64,000 bases of DNA from Takakia lepidozioides (Eukaryota > Plantae > Bryophyta). The notes under the pieces were generated by a model, which worked only from the letters and a program-made list of their open reading frames with translations, ran no database searches and was not told the origin of the DNA. The stretch lies in contig CM060732.1 in NCBI GenBank assembly GCA_030704615.1, positions 63,488,001 to 63,552,000 of the forward strand. Reading direction: 5' to 3'. Of the stretch, positions 61,701 through 64,000 are shown piece after piece. The first letter of the stretch is position 1, and every line of letters starts with the position of its first letter. The position numbers and the translations under genes are program-made.

Positions 61701-64000
61701 GCACACATATACATACACATACAGACCGACGAAGCGACAACCCTGCATTCATTCGTTGGAAGCAGCAAACTGGAAGCAAGGTGGGTGGGCGTATAGGAAG
61801 CCCCTTCCAAGACCACCTCCTTTCTTCCTCAAAATGCTCACATGGAATCGCAGGTATGGAGGATTTGAGGCCTGACAACTGCTCTCTGCTAGAACTGAGA
61901 GTTGGTATGTGCCTCTGTCAAATGGGGGGCCGGTTGTCAAAACGAACTTTCATTCTTCTCTTCACCAGTTTTACCTTTGCATTCCACGTGGTGCTTTGCA
62001 GCGCCGGCTTAGTAGTAGTAGTAGTAGGAGGACTGGTTGCTGAAGCCGAAGAAGGGAGCCCTTTGTCGGAGATCTTTGGTGGGGCCTCCTTAGTGGACTC
62101 GCCCTCATCCTCTATGTCTACAGCCTCGTGCTCAAAGCTGTGGAAAATCCCATTCCAGGACCACGGTTGATTTGTGTCATGAGAGATCAAGGGGGGGGGG
62201 GGGGGTGGGTTCAAAAATATGTGTACCGTGTCCCCTCTACATCGCAGCAGTAAAAGAGCGAAAGATTCCTTCTTTTCCTTCTTCTGAATGTTGAAGATTT
62301 CAATCCAACATCCCGGGCTATACTTCTGTGATAGCTAAGCGCTGAAGATTCTTTTAAAGGGGGAACTTCTTTTACCTCTTTCTGCAGGCTTCCATGAAGA
62401 GGCTCCCACAGTGGCACATTGCTGCAGGCCCCTCTGTGGAAGATGGGTAATGCATGGACCCGTAGAAAGAGTGGACAGGATATACTCTTCAATCAATGCT
62501 ATACTGGTGAAGCCCAACATGGAAGCCACATATTCACAGCATTCACTTTCCATACTTGGCACGATGATGTGATCGAGCTGCCACCCTATGAAAGCTAAAG
62601 CTATCTTAGCAGACATTGTAGGGTTTTTCCGTCTCTCGTAAATTGGGATGAGAAAGAGACAGTTTAGGACAGGCAGCAGTGCTTGAGAATGACCATCGTT
62701 CCACGTTCCCAGAAAACATCATTACACATGCAGTACCGTTGGTTATGCACAGAGTGAGACTAGGAATCTTGCCTTGAAGATATGACAGAATCGAAAAAAA
62801 AATTCCTTGCAGCCTTCACTTTTAAGTTGCCATTAGAGAGTCAACCAAAAAAACAGGCGGGCAAGAATGGACAACAGACCTGATTGGTTGGTTGATAGGA
62901 ACCTCCACATCCTTTCCCACCCAGCATGCTACGAGCTGCAGAATTAAAACTAATGGGTGAGCCGTGGGCCGATAAAAGAGAGGGGGAGAGAGAGAATGTA
63001 TTCATAAGACTTTGTTTGCCATAGCCTTGTGGCCATAGACCCCGCAAACAGGGAGCAGATACTACCTTTGTGAGGGGCTCCCTCCGGTAGTGTCTTACCT
63101 TGATAGAGACAATTAGTTTGGGTTTTCCAGATAGACGGAGAGAGAGAGAGAGAGAACGGATCAAAGCAATTTATCATGGCCACACTGCCAAACCTGCACT
63201 AATTTTGGCATACATATGCCCACCGAAACACAGCATTACCAAAAGAGACATACCTTGGAAAACTCAGGTACAACATAAAGCTTGGAATAGCGCTTGCAAA
63301 TAGACAGATAATCTCGTTCTGCCTCGACCACACTGTATGGCTCAATCTGCCATTCCATAGTACTCACTGTCATTCTTTGACAATACCTCTCTGGTCCTTC
63401 CCATGGCCCACATGGGCTGTAGCTGATATGGAATTCCCAAATATTGCAACACACAATCCTCTAGCTCCCACTGTCTTTGAAAACCCGTTCCCTTGCTACC
63501 CTCAGGAACACAGGAATGTAGGAACATGGATAAATGCTCATAATGACACACAACAACCATGACTGGTCACTCATTCAATGTCCACCAACATCCTTACTCC
63601 ACTATTCCCTCATCCTACACAGAATCATCCCTACCACACCGGAACAAAGCAAGGAGCTCAGATGCTGTGGTACAAAAATTGTAAACCTCCGAGATTAGAA
63701 AAACATGCAAGAGACCAGGAATGCACACACACCTTGCAAACATACTCTCTCCTCTTGTCTTTTGATGGGGACGTGTGCCTGAACATAGATGACAGAAAGA
63801 AGTCAGATGCTTTCCTCCCACTATTTTTCTTGTCTCTCTTCTAGATATTTGGTAAAAACTGGAAAAACACCACACAAAAAAGAAGACGAGAAAGGTAGAT
63901 ATATGTAGGTTAAGCCACAAGCACCCTTCACCTATAAGAACCATCCCGCCGAGGAGATTCCTTCCTGCTGCGGTCATCCCGATCACCAGCCGGTGACAAC
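55756..64000 (-). CDS. CCAR1: CCAR1/DBC1-domain nuclear protein (EMB1579 / SHORT ROOT IN SALT MEDIUM 1-like); 5' part lies outside the window
   Basis: Phase-consistent GT-AG exons: >64000-63932, 63778-63733, 63346-63254, 62935-62880, 62137-61975, 61265-61048, 60695-60632, 60318-60151, 59648-59609, 59222-58984, 58547-58473, 58127-58053, 57741-57307, 57114-57052, 56700-56659, 56337-56275, 55869-55756. Motifs: ERDYLSICKRY, WNAKVMLMSG, GGAWDLELDGGDP, LDLSRCKKWTRFLEVHY, ISLDGLLDYDEED..FELSLFAE and EF-hand-like AYRYFDKNRVGYL. Small exons in the acidic region may be missed. Confidence 0.9.

Overview
Eukaryotic plant genomic DNA, most like a non-seed land plant (bryophyte-like; the taxon is inferred). 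Two intact multi-exon host genes lie on the minus strand: a cytosolic alkaline/neutral invertase (5379-9718) and a CCAR1/DBC1-domain gene of the EMB1579/RSA1 type (55756 to beyond 64000). Between them is a deeply nested transposon landscape. A 25.3-kb hAT element (15431-40779, perfect 8-bp TSD) holds two copies of an unusual Ty3/Gypsy-derived element ordered gag - protease - DNMT3-like C5 DNA methyltransferase - [RT/RNaseH deleted] - [integrase, core deleted] - PHD finger. This element has no LTR pair. It has two different ends bounded by TGTC...GACA, a head-to-tail junction GACA-GC-TGTC, and a 384-bp miniature derivative nearby made only of the two ends. Copy 1 also carries an internal inversion that splits the methyltransferase, and a Pack-CACTA insertion holding fragments of OSB-like, PLS-PPR and SKIP31-like host genes. 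The rest contains hAT and Tc1/mariner MITEs, tRNA-derived SINE-like heads, Helitron-like repeats and a Harbinger transposase relic. All calls were made by eye; no database searches were run.
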